Positions 42,410 to 52,003 of a stretch of DNA of 64,000 nucleotides are shown here, in pieces. The stretch covers positions 224,001-288,000 of the IMG/VR virus record IMGVR_UViG_3300043754_000129, one strand, 5' to 3'. Numbering within the stretch: the stretch's first letter is position 1; every line of letters starts with the position of its first letter. The stretch comes from a virus (taxonomy: Duplodnaviria > Caudoviricetes). Position numbers and translations under genes: made by a program. Below the pieces are notes generated by a model. The model saw nothing but the letters and a program-made list of their open reading frames with translations, was not told where the DNA came from and ran no database searches.

Positions 42410-43219
42410 TTAGGCCTGGAGAGCGAAGGTCTCGTCACGAGCCGCTTCTTCGTCGAGCGGCACGCTCGTCTTCTTGCCCGGACGACGGTTGTCGGTTGCA
42501 GCCTTCAGGGCCGAGCCGAGTGCCGTTTCGTGCATTTCGGGCTTGGCTTCTTGCGCGCCGCGCGGGCGGATGTCCGCAGCCTTCGGCGTACGCAGGTCCT
42601 TGGCTTCGGCCGCGCGATGCGGTTTGCCACCCTTCTTCGCTTCTTCCTTCTTCACGAACTGGGGCATGATGTCCAGTGCGAAGAGTTCACCGACGAGTTG
42701 CGCGACGAATTGCTCGAGGCCTTGGTAGTTGAAGGAGAGTTCCTTCGACGCTTCCGCGGTCTTGAACTTCGTGAGCGCGATCTTCGTGACGTCGCCGTCG
42801 GCGAACATGACGCGGCCGTCTTCGATGAACACGGCTTGCACGTAGTCGGCCAGTGCCGGCTCGCCCTTCGCGTTTTGCAGGCGCAGGTAGTCCTCGGCCT
42901 TCACCAGACCGAAGAGGGTGCCCGTGACCTTGACGAAGCCGCCGTCAGCGATGCGGTTGATCGTGAAGCCATCGACGATGATCAGGCCGTGCTGGTACGT
43001 GTTGAAGCCGGTCTTGTAGTTACCGAGACGCAGCACGTCGATGATCTGGTAGAAACGCTTGACTTCCGGAATTGCGTGCTCGGTGAGCGTGTCACCGTGA
43101 TAGCCCTTGGCGCGCAGGTTGATCACGCGTGCCTTGGGACCCCGAGGTGCGAACGACTTCTTGGCCTCGTGCTTGTTGTGGCCATTGTGCGAACGCTTGT
43201 TGGTTTTGGTCTGGTTCAT
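42410..43219 (-). CDS. hypothetical protein with basic low-complexity termini
   Basis: 269 aa, strong codon bias. Confidence 0.8.
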   Translation of the reverse strand: MNQTKTNKRSHNGHNKHEAKKSFAPRGPKARVINLRAKGYHGDTLTEHAIPEVKRFYQIIDVLRLGNYKTGFNTYQHGLIIVDGFTINRIADGGFVKVTGTLFGLVKAEDYLRLQNAKGEPALADYVQAVFIEDGRVMFADGDVTKIALTKFKTAEASKELSFNYQGLEQFVAQLVGELFALDIMPQFVKKEEAKKGGKPHRAAEAKDLRTPKAADIRPRGAQEAKPEMHETALGSALKAATDNRRPGKKTSVPLDEEAARDETFALQA

Positions 43220-43241
43220 GCTCTTCTTCCTTCCAGCTTAG

Positions 43242-43604
43242 TTAATGAATGGTGGCACCCTTTGGTGCACCAAGCGTGTCAAGGGGCGCGTCCGGGTCAC
43301 GCGCCACGCAGCAGAGAATCTGCCCATGTTTGTCGAGACCAAAACGAAACCCTGGATTTTCAAACTCGTTGATGTGGAAGATGAATTCCGCAGCCCTCAC
43401 CGTGTCAGGCTCGCCGGTCCGGCGTGCATACGGCGGCAACGTCATCTCCCCTTCAGCGTACTTCAACACCATGTAGCTGCCCTGGTACGGCATCATCACC
43501 TGATTCAATGCCACACCAAAGCGCGCCACATCTGCTTCCCCTGGGGTGTTTTCCCGGACGAACTCGAAGAGGTCGTCAATATCCCCTACGTCTTCTGGCT
43601 CCAT
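43242..43604 (-). CDS. hypothetical protein
   Basis: 120 aa, GGGGAG RBS. Confidence 0.65.
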   Translation of the reverse strand: MEPEDVGDIDDLFEFVRENTPGEADVARFGVALNQVMMPYQGSYMVLKYAEGEMTLPPYARRTGEPDTVRAAEFIFHINEFENPGFRFGLDKHGQILCCVARDPDAPLDTLGAPKGATIH

Positions 43605-43657
43605 CTAACTCCCCATTGAACCACCGGGGACACGTGTCCCCGGCTTCACTGCGCAGC

Positions 43658-45535
43658 TTACGCTGCTTGCTTGAACGCGATCGGATTCGTTTCCGGATCC
43701 GGGCAAGTCCACGAGCCCATCAGGTTACCGCGCATTTCCTGGAGCTGCGGGCGCACGGTGATCTGGCTGTTGAGGAACACCGTCTTGTACTCGCCCGCCG
43801 CGAACTGCTCGAGCGTCTGTTGGTCGAACAGGACGTAGTCGTCGCCTTCCTTCTCGACGCGCACCAGACCCTTGGCCGACTTCTTCGTACCGTCGTCGGT
43901 TGCCGGATCCTTATAGATCTCGATGCGGTCCGTACCGTAGATCGCTTCGATTTCCGCGTACAGCGCCTTCATGGCCCAGCCGAACGTGTCACGCGAAAGC
44001 ATGTTGTACGTGTACGAGCCGACGCCGAAGACGACGTTGCACGAAGCGAAGCCCTTCTTCGCCAGACGCTGGAAGATCTGGAGCGCGCGCACCAGGCTGA
44101 TCGAGTCGCCGTAGATGAGACCGACGCGCTCGTGCAGCACCTTGTAGCCCTTGGACGTACGCGTACCGCCGAACGTTTCCCACAGGCACTGGACCGAACC
44201 CTTGCGTTCTGCTTCCGTGATCTTCTCGCCGGTAGCCTTCACCGTGTAGAGACCATTGTGATCCGCAAACGGTTCGCCCGTGCTAGCCCAGAGAACCAGC
44301 TCGTCGTCCTCGTAACCCGTGAGGATGCGAACAGGATCGCCCGAGTCCGGACGGAAGACGATCTTCGCCATGCCGAGTTCGTTCGGCTTGCGAGCGATGA
44401 TCTTGTCCTTCAGTGCCGGCGCGACTTCCGTGATGGTTGCCCAGTAGTCGAACGAGTCGGCCACGATGGAGAGCATGCCTTCCGGGAAATCTTCTTCGAT
44501 CAGCTGACGGATGACTTCCTTTTCAGCCAGCTTGCGCAGCTTGCGCGCACGATCCGCGATTGCCGCAGCTTGCTCAGCCGTCATCGTCGATGCGTCGACT
44601 TCACCGCCCATGGCGATCTGGTCGAGTTCGGCTTGCAGCGTCTTGATCATCGCGTCGCGCTCTTCGCCCGTGAGCTTCGAGACGTACGACGTCGACAGAT
44701 CACCGTGGATCTGACCCATGGCCAGACGCTTCATCACGAGCAGGATGCGCAGCGTCATCACGCTGTGTTCCGTTGCCGGGATCGAACCACCGACGAGTTC
44801 ACGATCGCTGTCTGCGCCGTAGAAGTCTTCGAGGTAGTCGATTGCCGGAATCGTGTCCGTGCCGAAGAACGACAGGAGAACGCCCGAGCCGCAACGTGCT
44901 GCATCGTGCACGCCCGACATGCCGCGCATCGAGAAGTCGTGGATCTGCCAGTAGATGAAATCTTCCGGCGCACCCGTGAGCTTCGCGAAGTACGTGGCGA
45001 GCTTGCGGAATTCGAACGCGATGGTCGCGACCGTAGCCGGCTTCCACATTTCGCAGCTGAACAGCGTTTCGATGTACGTGACGACCCAGGCGAAGTCCGG
45101 ATGCGTGCTGATGAAGATCACCGGCGGCACCTTGATGTTCACACGGCAGCCTTCGGGCAGCGCACGGATTTCCAGCGGCAGGTAGCCGAGGTCATGCAGC
45201 GCGGCAACCTTGTCCGTATTCACCGAGCCCTTGCCGAGCGCGTTGTTCATACGGCGACGATACTTGCGGATCGCTTCGTCCTTGTTCGGCGCGTTGAAGA
45301 ACTCGCGGTTGAACAGATCGACGAGGAACTCCTGCATGAAGCCCGTCAGACCGTACCACACGATCTTTTCGTCGAACAGCTCGCGCAGCACCGGTGCGTA
45401 CTTGGAGGTGCGCGGCGTGAAGTTCGCCACCAGCATCTTCATGCCTTCGGGGTACATGCCCGGGTGACCGGTCTTGTAGAAGTCCGCGAGGTTGAAGGGG
45501 ACAACGCCATTCTTTTCGAGTGCAACAGCTTCCAT
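43658..45535 (-). CDS. nicotinamide phosphoribosyltransferase-like enzyme (NARP1 Namat-type)
   Basis: ADFYKTGH, HDFSMRG, ATEHSVM, SIVADSFDYW, RPDSGDP, LIYGDSI, FGVGSYTY, KDPATDDGTKKSAKG. Confidence 0.93.
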   Translation of the reverse strand: MEAVALEKNGVVPFNLADFYKTGHPGMYPEGMKMLVANFTPRTSKYAPVLRELFDEKIVWYGLTGFMQEFLVDLFNREFFNAPNKDEAIRKYRRRMNNALGKGSVNTDKVAALHDLGYLPLEIRALPEGCRVNIKVPPVIFISTHPDFAWVVTYIETLFSCEMWKPATVATIAFEFRKLATYFAKLTGAPEDFIYWQIHDFSMRGMSGVHDAARCGSGVLLSFFGTDTIPAIDYLEDFYGADSDRELVGGSIPATEHSVMTLRILLVMKRLAMGQIHGDLSTSYVSKLTGEERDAMIKTLQAELDQIAMGGEVDASTMTAEQAAAIADRARKLRKLAEKEVIRQLIEEDFPEGMLSIVADSFDYWATITEVAPALKDKIIARKPNELGMAKIVFRPDSGDPVRILTGYEDDELVLWASTGEPFADHNGLYTVKATGEKITEAERKGSVQCLWETFGGTRTSKGYKVLHERVGLIYGDSISLVRALQIFQRLAKKGFASCNVVFGVGSYTYNMLSRDTFGWAMKALYAEIEAIYGTDRIEIYKDPATDDGTKKSAKGLVRVEKEGDDYVLFDQQTLEQFAAGEYKTVFLNSQITVRPQLQEMRGNLMGSWTCPDPETNPIAFKQAA

Positions 45536-45560
45536 TTCGTTCTTCTTCCTTTCTTCTTGT

Positions 45561-46451
45561 TTAAACGTCGATGACGCGCGTGTCGTCGGTCCAGTTGTTG
45601 CGGGTGAAGACGCTCGTGTAGTGCTCGAGCAGCAGTTCAGCGCCGTAGCTGAAGATGCCATGCGTCACGTACAGGAACATCGGGCGCATCGGCCACGTGG
45701 CTTCGAGTGCCGTTTCACCAGCCGTCGTTTCCACAGCTTCGAGCTTGCGCACAGCCTTCGCCAGTTCGATGAAGGTGCGACCCCCGTCGCAGATGTCATC
45801 GACCACCAGCAGCGGTGCATCAGGCATGTCACCGTGGATCTCGGTCGCCGTGATCTCCAGCGTCTTGGTGTCACGCACCTTGTCCGCGAAGACGACTTGC
45901 AGGCCGCCCAGGCAGTGCGCGATCTTCAGCGTACGCTTGCGCGCACCTGCGTCCGGCGACACCAGTGCCGGCAACACGCCGTAGCGCGCTTCGATCTTCC
46001 GCACGGTTTCTTCGATCGCGCTGTACGCTTCGTCGACCACCACATTGTCGAGCAGAGCCGTCGCCACGTCGCTGTGCGGATCTTGCACGACCACGCGCGC
46101 GTAGCCTTGATCGTTGATCAGCTTGCAGAAGACCTTCAGGCCATGCGCTTCACCGTGATTCGCCACGCGGTCCTGGCGTGCGTACGGCACGTAGGGCATG
46201 ATGAGCGTGATCGGCAGCATCGGGTACAGACGCTTGACGGCGTCGGTCACGAGCAGCAGTTCCATGACGTCGTCGCCACCGGTCAGATGCACCTGGATGT
46301 GGACCGCCACGGGCTTGCCGTTGGGATACACCGTCGGGTGCATTTCGCCACCCTTGAACTTGATCGTTTTCACGTCGAGTTCTTGACGACCGGTTACGGG
46401 TTCGCCAGTCAGCGTGTGACCGCTGCTGTGGACAGCAAATACTTTCAGCAT
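45561..46451 (-). CDS. ribose-phosphate pyrophosphokinase-like enzyme (NARP1 Adps-type)
   Basis: FKGGE, MPYVPYARQDR, DPHS, VSPDAGARK, VVDDICDGGRTF, LYVTHGIFS; directly upstream of Nampt-like gene. Confidence 0.92.
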   Translation of the reverse strand: MLKVFAVHSSGHTLTGEPVTGRQELDVKTIKFKGGEMHPTVYPNGKPVAVHIQVHLTGGDDVMELLLVTDAVKRLYPMLPITLIMPYVPYARQDRVANHGEAHGLKVFCKLINDQGYARVVVQDPHSDVATALLDNVVVDEAYSAIEETVRKIEARYGVLPALVSPDAGARKRTLKIAHCLGGLQVVFADKVRDTKTLEITATEIHGDMPDAPLLVVDDICDGGRTFIELAKAVRKLEAVETTAGETALEATWPMRPMFLYVTHGIFSYGAELLLEHYTSVFTRNNWTDDTRVIDV

Positions 46452-46480
46452 TTCGTTCTAATCCGTTTTCGTTGTTTCGC

Positions 46481-46678
46481 TTACGGCATGTAATGCCAGA
46501 GCTTGATGCAGATCGAGACGATCATCAGGATGATGCCCAGGAAGAAGAGCACCGCACCGATGTAGTCCCACTTGTTGTGCTGCTTGCGCTTCACCAGTCG
46601 CTCCATGGCGTTCGTGCCAAAGAAGCGAATCATGACAACGCCGACCAGGAAACAGATCAACCCAATCACGAAGACCAT
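46481..46678 (-). CDS. small two-TM membrane protein
   Basis: two hydrophobic helices; AAGGAG RBS. Confidence 0.7.
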   Translation of the reverse strand: MVFVIGLICFLVGVVMIRFFGTNAMERLVKRKQHNKWDYIGAVLFFLGIILMIVSICIKLWHYMP

Positions 46679-46688
46679 GCCGCGCTCC

Positions 46689-47219
46689 TTACATGCCGTC
46701 CTGGTTCAGTTCCGACCAGGGCTTGGTGAGCGTGACCACGTTCGGCTCCGAGCGCACCGGCTCCGTCGTGCCGTCCTTGTACAGACACAGCACCCACGTA
46801 CCGTTGGCCGACGGCGAGGAGAACAGACCGTTCGGATCTGCTTGCGGCAGGATCCCGACGCCGACTTGCGACGAAGCGTAGCCGACCATCTGCGGATTCG
46901 TGTACTGCTCCGATTCCGGAATGCCGAAGCCAATCGAGCGACACAGCGGCGTGTGCTCGTTGTGCATCCCCACGAAGTACGTGTAGGTTTGCAGGTTCGG
47001 TTGGTCACGCTTCTCGAAGATCAGCTTGAAGATCTTCTTTTCGGTCCAGTTCAGGATCGCGGGCATGCCGACGGCTGCTTGCGATTCCGACTGCATGCGC
47101 TCTTGCGCAGCGGCTTCACGCTTGGTCGCGTCGGTCTGGCCGTCGCACGATTCCGCGGTGAGGACGAAGAAGGCGGCGAGCGCCAGGGCAGAAACTTTCA
47201 GGAGATTGTTCTTCTTCAT
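46689..47219 (-). CDS. putative lipoprotein
   Basis: signal peptide ending AESC; GMPAI, KRDQ, PQADPNGLF, GTWVLC. Confidence 0.75.
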   Translation of the reverse strand: MKKNNLLKVSALALAAFFVLTAESCDGQTDATKREAAAQERMQSESQAAVGMPAILNWTEKKIFKLIFEKRDQPNLQTYTYFVGMHNEHTPLCRSIGFGIPESEQYTNPQMVGYASSQVGVGILPQADPNGLFSSPSANGTWVLCLYKDGTTEPVRSEPNVVTLTKPWSELNQDGM

Positions 47220-47225
47220 GACTTG

Positions 47226-47570
47226 TTATTGGATTGCGTTGTAGAACGACTGCACATCAGCCGGGAGTTGTCCGCACGTGAACCCGTCGTACTCGTGCTT
47301 GAACGTATCGGCCAGAGCTGCCTTGCCTGCGGCGTCCGCGTGATTCCACTGCTCGCGGATTTGACGCAGTTCGCGCGTGAGGCTATCCACGTGCGAGTCG
47401 GAACACTCGAACGTGTTGTGGCGCACTTGCTCCACACGCGGCGCGAAGAACTTGAGGTTCACATACCCCGCGTAGTTCGCGACGAATCCGAGGATGGCGA
47501 TCACCACGATGATGATGGTGCCCCAGATCAGAAACGTGCCGACTTCTTTTGCTTCTTGTTTGACAGACAC
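47226..47570 (-). CDS. membrane-anchored protein
   Basis: N-terminal TM; FAPRVEQVRHNTFE. Confidence 0.75.
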   Translation of the reverse strand: MSVKQEAKEVGTFLIWGTIIIVVIAILGFVANYAGYVNLKFFAPRVEQVRHNTFECSDSHVDSLTRELRQIREQWNHADAAGKAALADTFKHEYDGFTCGQLPADVQSFYNAIQ

Positions 47571-47573
47571 TGC

Positions 47574-47843
47574 TTACCCCGTTAAAATAGAACTACGCTT
47601 ACGTGAATTGTCAGAAGCTGCTCGAATCTCAGCATCGAGTCGACATGCCTCTGCCAACATCTTCTTATCAAACCACGGCTTCTGCGTTTTCGCGTAGGTG
47701 TACGCTGCATTGCCATACACGTAACGCGCCCCATAATGACCAAACCCGCACTTCGGACAACCGCCGTACTGTGGATGTTGATCATCAATGGAGAAGACCC
47801 ACTCACAACTTGCACAGACTCGAAGCTTTGCGGACTGACTCAT
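47574..47843 (-). CDS. Zn-ribbon protein
   Basis: CASC...CPKC. Confidence 0.7.
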   Translation of the reverse strand: MSQSAKLRVCASCEWVFSIDDQHPQYGGCPKCGFGHYGARYVYGNAAYTYAKTQKPWFDKKMLAEACRLDAEIRAASDNSRKRSSILTG

Positions 47844-47845
47844 GG

Positions 47846-48097
47846 TTACAACCCCACTGGCAGTTGAATAAAACGCAGGATGGGCAGCTCTGGGATCGGC
47901 TTAAACATCGGCTGCACTTTAAGCTCTTCGCGCGGACAACCCCAGTTCGTTACCCGGCGAAACCCCAATGCTTCCCACTTCTTGTCCAGCCGCATGTCGT
48001 CATACGCACGAACATGCGCCTGATGCAGCGTAGCCTTCGCTGCCCAGTACTGAGCATCGTACTGGATTTCTTTCTCTTCCTGATCGTACCACCACAT
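47846..48097 (-). CDS. hypothetical protein
   Basis: 83 aa. Confidence 0.55.
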   Translation of the reverse strand: MWWYDQEEKEIQYDAQYWAAKATLHQAHVRAYDDMRLDKKWEALGFRRVTNWGCPREELKVQPMFKPIPELPILRFIQLPVGL

Positions 48098-48099
48098 GG

Positions 48100-48339
48100 C
48101 TAGGCCCTCGGCGAAGGCGCGAACATCACCTTCATCTGTTCGCCAGCTTGATGCGTCTTGTAGACGAAGTAGCCCACGAGCGCAAGCGTACCGACAATCG
48201 AGAACGCAATCAGCGCTCGACGAATCCAGCGCTTGCGACGCTTTGTTTCTTCATCTTCCGGATCAGGAGGCAGCCAACCACCACGCTGATAACTCTGGCG
48301 GCTGACCTGCATCAACAACAGTGTTGCGGGAACGCTCAT
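48100..48339 (-). CDS. small membrane protein
   Basis: AGGAGG RBS, start MSVPATL; one TM helix. Confidence 0.65.
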   Translation of the reverse strand: MSVPATLLLMQVSRQSYQRGGWLPPDPEDEETKRRKRWIRRALIAFSIVGTLALVGYFVYKTHQAGEQMKVMFAPSPRA

Positions 48340-48347
48340 GACACCTC

Positions 48348-48557
48348 CTATCGACCGAGCAGCTGCAATCGGTTCCGATATGCACGTCGCCCAACCATCA
48401 GGGTTTCCAGACGGTTGAGCAGCTCTTGCTCTTCGGGCGAGAAGCGATGCGTCTGATGAGTGATCACTTGCCGCTTGGCACCTGCCTCGTGAAAAGCGGT
48501 ACTCACCTCTTCCAGGAAGTTCAGGTCTTCCTGGGCCTGCTGCATCGCATCGGGCAT
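48348..48557 (-). CDS. hypothetical protein
   Basis: 69 aa helical ORF. Confidence 0.6.
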   Translation of the reverse strand: MPDAMQQAQEDLNFLEEVSTAFHEAGAKRQVITHQTHRFSPEEQELLNRLETLMVGRRAYRNRLQLLGR

Positions 48558-48559
48558 GG

Positions 48560-49483
48560 TTACACCTTCGGGCAGACGACTTCAGCCGCTTGACCTTGGT
48601 ACTTGCCGCCACGGTCAGCGTACGAGACTTCGCACGTGTCGTCGGACTTGAAGAAGAGCACCTGCGCGCAACCTTCGTTCGCGTAGATCTTCGCGGGCAG
48701 CGGCGTCGTGTTGCTGAATTCCAGCGTCACGTAGCCTTCCCATTCCGGCTCGAAAGGCGTCACGTTCACGATGATACCGCACCGTGCGTACGTGCTCTTG
48801 CCCAGACAGACAGTGAGGACATTGCGCGGGATCTTCATGCGCTCGACCGTACGGGCCAATGCGAACGAGTTCGGCGGGATGATGCAGACGTCACCCTTGA
48901 AGTCCACGAAGGTCTTCTCGTCGAAGTTCTTCGGATCCACCACCGTCGAATTGATGTTGGTGAAGATCTTGAACTCGTCGGCGCAGCGCACATCGTAGCC
49001 GTAGCTGCTCGTGCCGTAGGAGACGATCTTGTCGTTGCGCGCGGCTTCGAGCAAACGCTTGTGGTCGCGGAACATCCATTCCTCGTCCAGCACAGCGTCC
49101 GGCGGCGCGAGAGCCGCATCGAAACCCGACTTGTCCCAGGCGAGCCAGCGCTCCCAGTTGTTCTGGGTGAACTCCGGATGCAGCACCCAGAACGGCGGCA
49201 CTTCATGCGCCTTGTTGCGGATCAGGTCCGGCACGAACGGATCGATCATGCGCGGGTAAGCGACGCAGTAGCCCTGTTGCTCGGACTCCGTCATCACCTT
49301 CACCTTCTCCTGCGCGAGCCAGTCCGGCGTGTGCTCCGGCGTCGAGAACTTCTCGCCCGTTTCCGTGTTGTACAACTGGTCACCCACGAGCGTGAAGAAC
49401 ATCCGCTTGTAATTCGGCGGCAGGTAGCTGTGCGTGGGGACGAGCGAGCGTGCCCGGATCTGCTTGTCACTCAGGATGCTCAT
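48560..49483 (-). CDS. dcd: dCTP deaminase with two N-terminal insertions
   Basis: [63 protein letters not shown]. Confidence 0.95.
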   Translation of the reverse strand: MSILSDKQIRARSLVPTHSYLPPNYKRMFFTLVGDQLYNTETGEKFSTPEHTPDWLAQEKVKVMTESEQQGYCVAYPRMIDPFVPDLIRNKAHEVPPFWVLHPEFTQNNWERWLAWDKSGFDAALAPPDAVLDEEWMFRDHKRLLEAARNDKIVSYGTSSYGYDVRCADEFKIFTNINSTVVDPKNFDEKTFVDFKGDVCIIPPNSFALARTVERMKIPRNVLTVCLGKSTYARCGIIVNVTPFEPEWEGYVTLEFSNTTPLPAKIYANEGCAQVLFFKSDDTCEVSYADRGGKYQGQAAEVVCPKV

Positions 49484-49748
49484 CTTCTTCTCCTTCGTTG
49501 CCAAACTTCGGCAGATGTGGAAGAGTGAGTTCGAGATACTCTTTCTCTTCCACGATGTAATAGAACTTGTCGCCGATCTTTTCCCGGCCCTTATTCTTCG
49601 CAATGAGGTACAGAGTCTGCATCCTCATGTAAGCCGCGTAGAACATCAGGAACGTCATGAGGAAGCCCATGACGGCCGCCCCATAGAAGAAGTTCGGGTC
49701 ATTCAACGTAGCGTCGATGGCTTGCAGACTCATGCTGCCCCCGATCAA
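49467..49748 (-). CDS. membrane protein
   Basis: one TM helix; 93 aa. Confidence 0.65.
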   Translation of the reverse strand: MIGGSMSLQAIDATLNDPNFFYGAAVMGFLMTFLMFYAAYMRMQTLYLIAKNKGREKIGDKFYYIVEEKEYLELTLPHLPKFGNEGEEDEHPE

Positions 49749-50122
49749 TAGATCGTGCGGCTACGGATAGCCTGCGTCTTCTGGAAGCTCGGCTGCGCGC
49801 TGCTCTGGCCCGTACGGCCCTGGCGCACCGGTGCCTGGACAGCGGCGGCCGGCTTTTCGACGCGCGCGGCTTGTGCGGCGACGTCGACGGCGCCCGCGGC
49901 GACGGCTTCAGCTTTCGACTGTTCGACTTGCGCGGCGAGCAGGTCCTTCGCGACGATCGAGCTGATCTTGTCTTCGAGGGACTTCGCGAAATCGAGGGTG
50001 ATGTGCAGATCGCCTTCGAGCAGTGCGACGAGCTTCTCGACAGGGATCTCCAGCTTCTGTGCGTCTTCCGACAGCTTGCGGCCTTCGAATGCTTTCTTCA
50101 GGTATTCGACTACGAGGTTCAT
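49745..50122 (-). CDS. HigA/VapI-like HTH protein
   Basis: AQKLEIPVEKLVALLEGDLHITLDFAKSLE...LLAAQ resembles addiction-module antidote HTH. Confidence 0.55.
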   Translation of the reverse strand: MNLVVEYLKKAFEGRKLSEDAQKLEIPVEKLVALLEGDLHITLDFAKSLEDKISSIVAKDLLAAQVEQSKAEAVAAGAVDVAAQAARVEKPAAAVQAPVRQGRTGQSSAQPSFQKTQAIRSRTIY

Positions 50123-50137
50123 GACTACGGTCCTTTC

Positions 50138-50986
50138 TTAGTTAGTGGTTGACTGCTTGGGTGCTGCCTTCTTACGCGGCGCCTTCGGGACGATCCCCAG
50201 ACGCTTCTCGTAACGCTTCAGCTTGGCCTTGAGCGTGTTAAGCTCAGCGGTCAAGGCTTGATTTTCCTTATCCAGGTTCAGGAGCGGCTGGTACATCAGC
50301 TCACGCCGCAAGAACGAGGGTTCAATCTTCCTGCCATTCGGGTAGACCTTCTCCATCACCCCAATGAGCAGGTCCTTCGGGATTTCGTGGTGCAGTCCGT
50401 AGCGACGGAAGATCGGCTTCTTGTCGTCAGGATGCTCGGTCATTTCCCAGATATCGATGAAGCCACCCGAGTTGCCATCGTGGTAGAACGTATCGAACAT
50501 CGCCCGGATGACGTCGACCTTCGCATCTTCCGGTGCGCGCTTGATGTTGTTCAAGCACAGCTGCGCCCCACCACCCATGCAGACGATCTCGTTCTTCTCG
50601 TACTTCTTGTACGAAAAGCCAGCCTCGTCGAAACGGAACGAATGGTTGAACTGTTCACCGATCAGGAGCACTTCGAAGAGGTTCCCCATGGCCACGACCA
50701 GGTCCTTTTCGGCGGCGATCGTGTAGAAGAGGAGTGCTGTGCTGCTATCCGAATCGGCACGCGCATCGTCTTCCAACGACTCCACAAATTTCACCATCGG
50801 CATAAACGCGCCGGTCCCCGACCAGCCGTGCACGATATCATCAAAGACGAAGCCTTCCTTTTCGCTTTTGATGCGAAAGGGAGTCAAGATCTGCTGGATC
50901 TTGGTAAGCGAGTGAAGTACCTCGCCGTCCTTGTTAATCGCGCTGTCTGCGTACAACCGGTTCTTGTGCCAAACAATGCAAGTCAT
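50138..50986 (-). CDS. Ntn-hydrolase / proteasome-beta (HslV-like) protein with coiled-coil tail
   Basis: MTC..., LYADS, KI, GWSG, MGGGA, DGNSGGFIDIW motifs; Thr2 as potential nucleophile. Confidence 0.6.
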   Translation of the reverse strand: MTCIVWHKNRLYADSAINKDGEVLHSLTKIQQILTPFRIKSEKEGFVFDDIVHGWSGTGAFMPMVKFVESLEDDARADSDSSTALLFYTIAAEKDLVVAMGNLFEVLLIGEQFNHSFRFDEAGFSYKKYEKNEIVCMGGGAQLCLNNIKRAPEDAKVDVIRAMFDTFYHDGNSGGFIDIWEMTEHPDDKKPIFRRYGLHHEIPKDLLIGVMEKVYPNGRKIEPSFLRRELMYQPLLNLDKENQALTAELNTLKAKLKRYEKRLGIVPKAPRKKAAPKQSTTN

Positions 50987-51009
50987 GGGTTTTTTATTTC
51001 CTTGGTTTT

Positions 51010-51336
51010 TTACTTCGTGGGGACGAGGGTAACTTTCTGGACACCGACCTTGACGATGTCTTCGAGCGTGGCACGGCGATTGAACCAGCCTTCTGCACCA
51101 ATCAGCTTCTGGTAGTAGCAGCCTTTCTCTTCCAGGAACTCGCGCCAGTAGTTCTTTTCGATCTCGCGCTTGACGATGTTGTTCTTGTCGGTGAGTTCAA
51201 CCACGTACACCGGCTCTTTACGGAAGTGAAAGAAGAACTTGCCATCGAAGTAGATCGCCGCCACGATGAGGTGCTCGGGACGACGACCGACACGACGTTT
51301 CACTTGACGCATACGGCGCTCAGACGAGCGGCTCAT
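51010..51336 (-). CDS. hypothetical protein
   Basis: start MSRSSERR after GGAGG. Confidence 0.7.
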   Translation of the reverse strand: MSRSSERRMRQVKRRVGRRPEHLIVAAIYFDGKFFFHFRKEPVYVVELTDKNNIVKREIEKNYWREFLEEKGCYYQKLIGAEGWFNRRATLEDIVKVGVQKVTLVPTK

Positions 51337-51728
51337 ACGACCTCCAGGAAGCGTTGGGAAATGTGCGCATTGTCCAGGAGAATCTTCTTCGGCCGTGGAT
51401 TGTTGCGCCACTCGATTACATCTTGCATCATCTTGCCAGGCGACACTTGACAGTAGCACTTGTCACCGAGCGGACCTTCACAGTCCTTGTTGTACAGGGG
51501 GATTTTCGCGAAGTCTTCACGGGTCGTGACCTGGACCTTATCGTAGTCCCAGTCCCAGTGATTGTGGGGGAGCATCACCCGGTCGCGAACCAAGGTGACG
51601 TGTGTATCGGTGGCAGCGAGCACCAGCATCATCGGAGTGAAATGGTCCGACCAGTAATCACCGGCTTCGGGATTTAAGCGATGCTTGCGTGTGAGGCGCT
51701 CTTGCTCTTCCAGATATCTGCTGCTCAT
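51333..51728 (-). CDS. hypothetical protein
   Basis: 131 aa, ATGA overlap. Confidence 0.7.
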   Translation of the reverse strand: MSSRYLEEQERLTRKHRLNPEAGDYWSDHFTPMMLVLAATDTHVTLVRDRVMLPHNHWDWDYDKVQVTTREDFAKIPLYNKDCEGPLGDKCYCQVSPGKMMQDVIEWRNNPRPKKILLDNAHISQRFLEVV

Positions 51729-51967
51729 TTGTTATCCCTTCGTTGTGTGTATGGGCCAGTACTACTACCGTTCCCTAGCATGTCCGTCATGAATTCACGT
51801 ACCCCACGGCGCGTCCAGTTGTTGGCGCAACTGTCCCTCGTTCGAGCTGAATCCCGTTCAAACGTTTTCAAAGCGGCGAGACTCAGAAACGTGCTAGAGC
51901 ATTGCTTACCGCGGTACCGGTAACTTAAAGGAGTCCCAGGCCTATCGTCCCACGACGACCAGCCCAA
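51725..51967 (-). CDS. hypothetical protein
   Basis: 80 aa; start uncertain. Confidence 0.45.
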   Translation of the reverse strand: MGWSSWDDRPGTPLSYRYRGKQCSSTFLSLAALKTFERDSARTRDSCANNWTRRGVREFMTDMLGNGSSTGPYTQRRDNK

Positions 51968-52003
51968 GCATGCCCGGGGTACAACCGCTTCTGGAGAAAT
52001 CTG

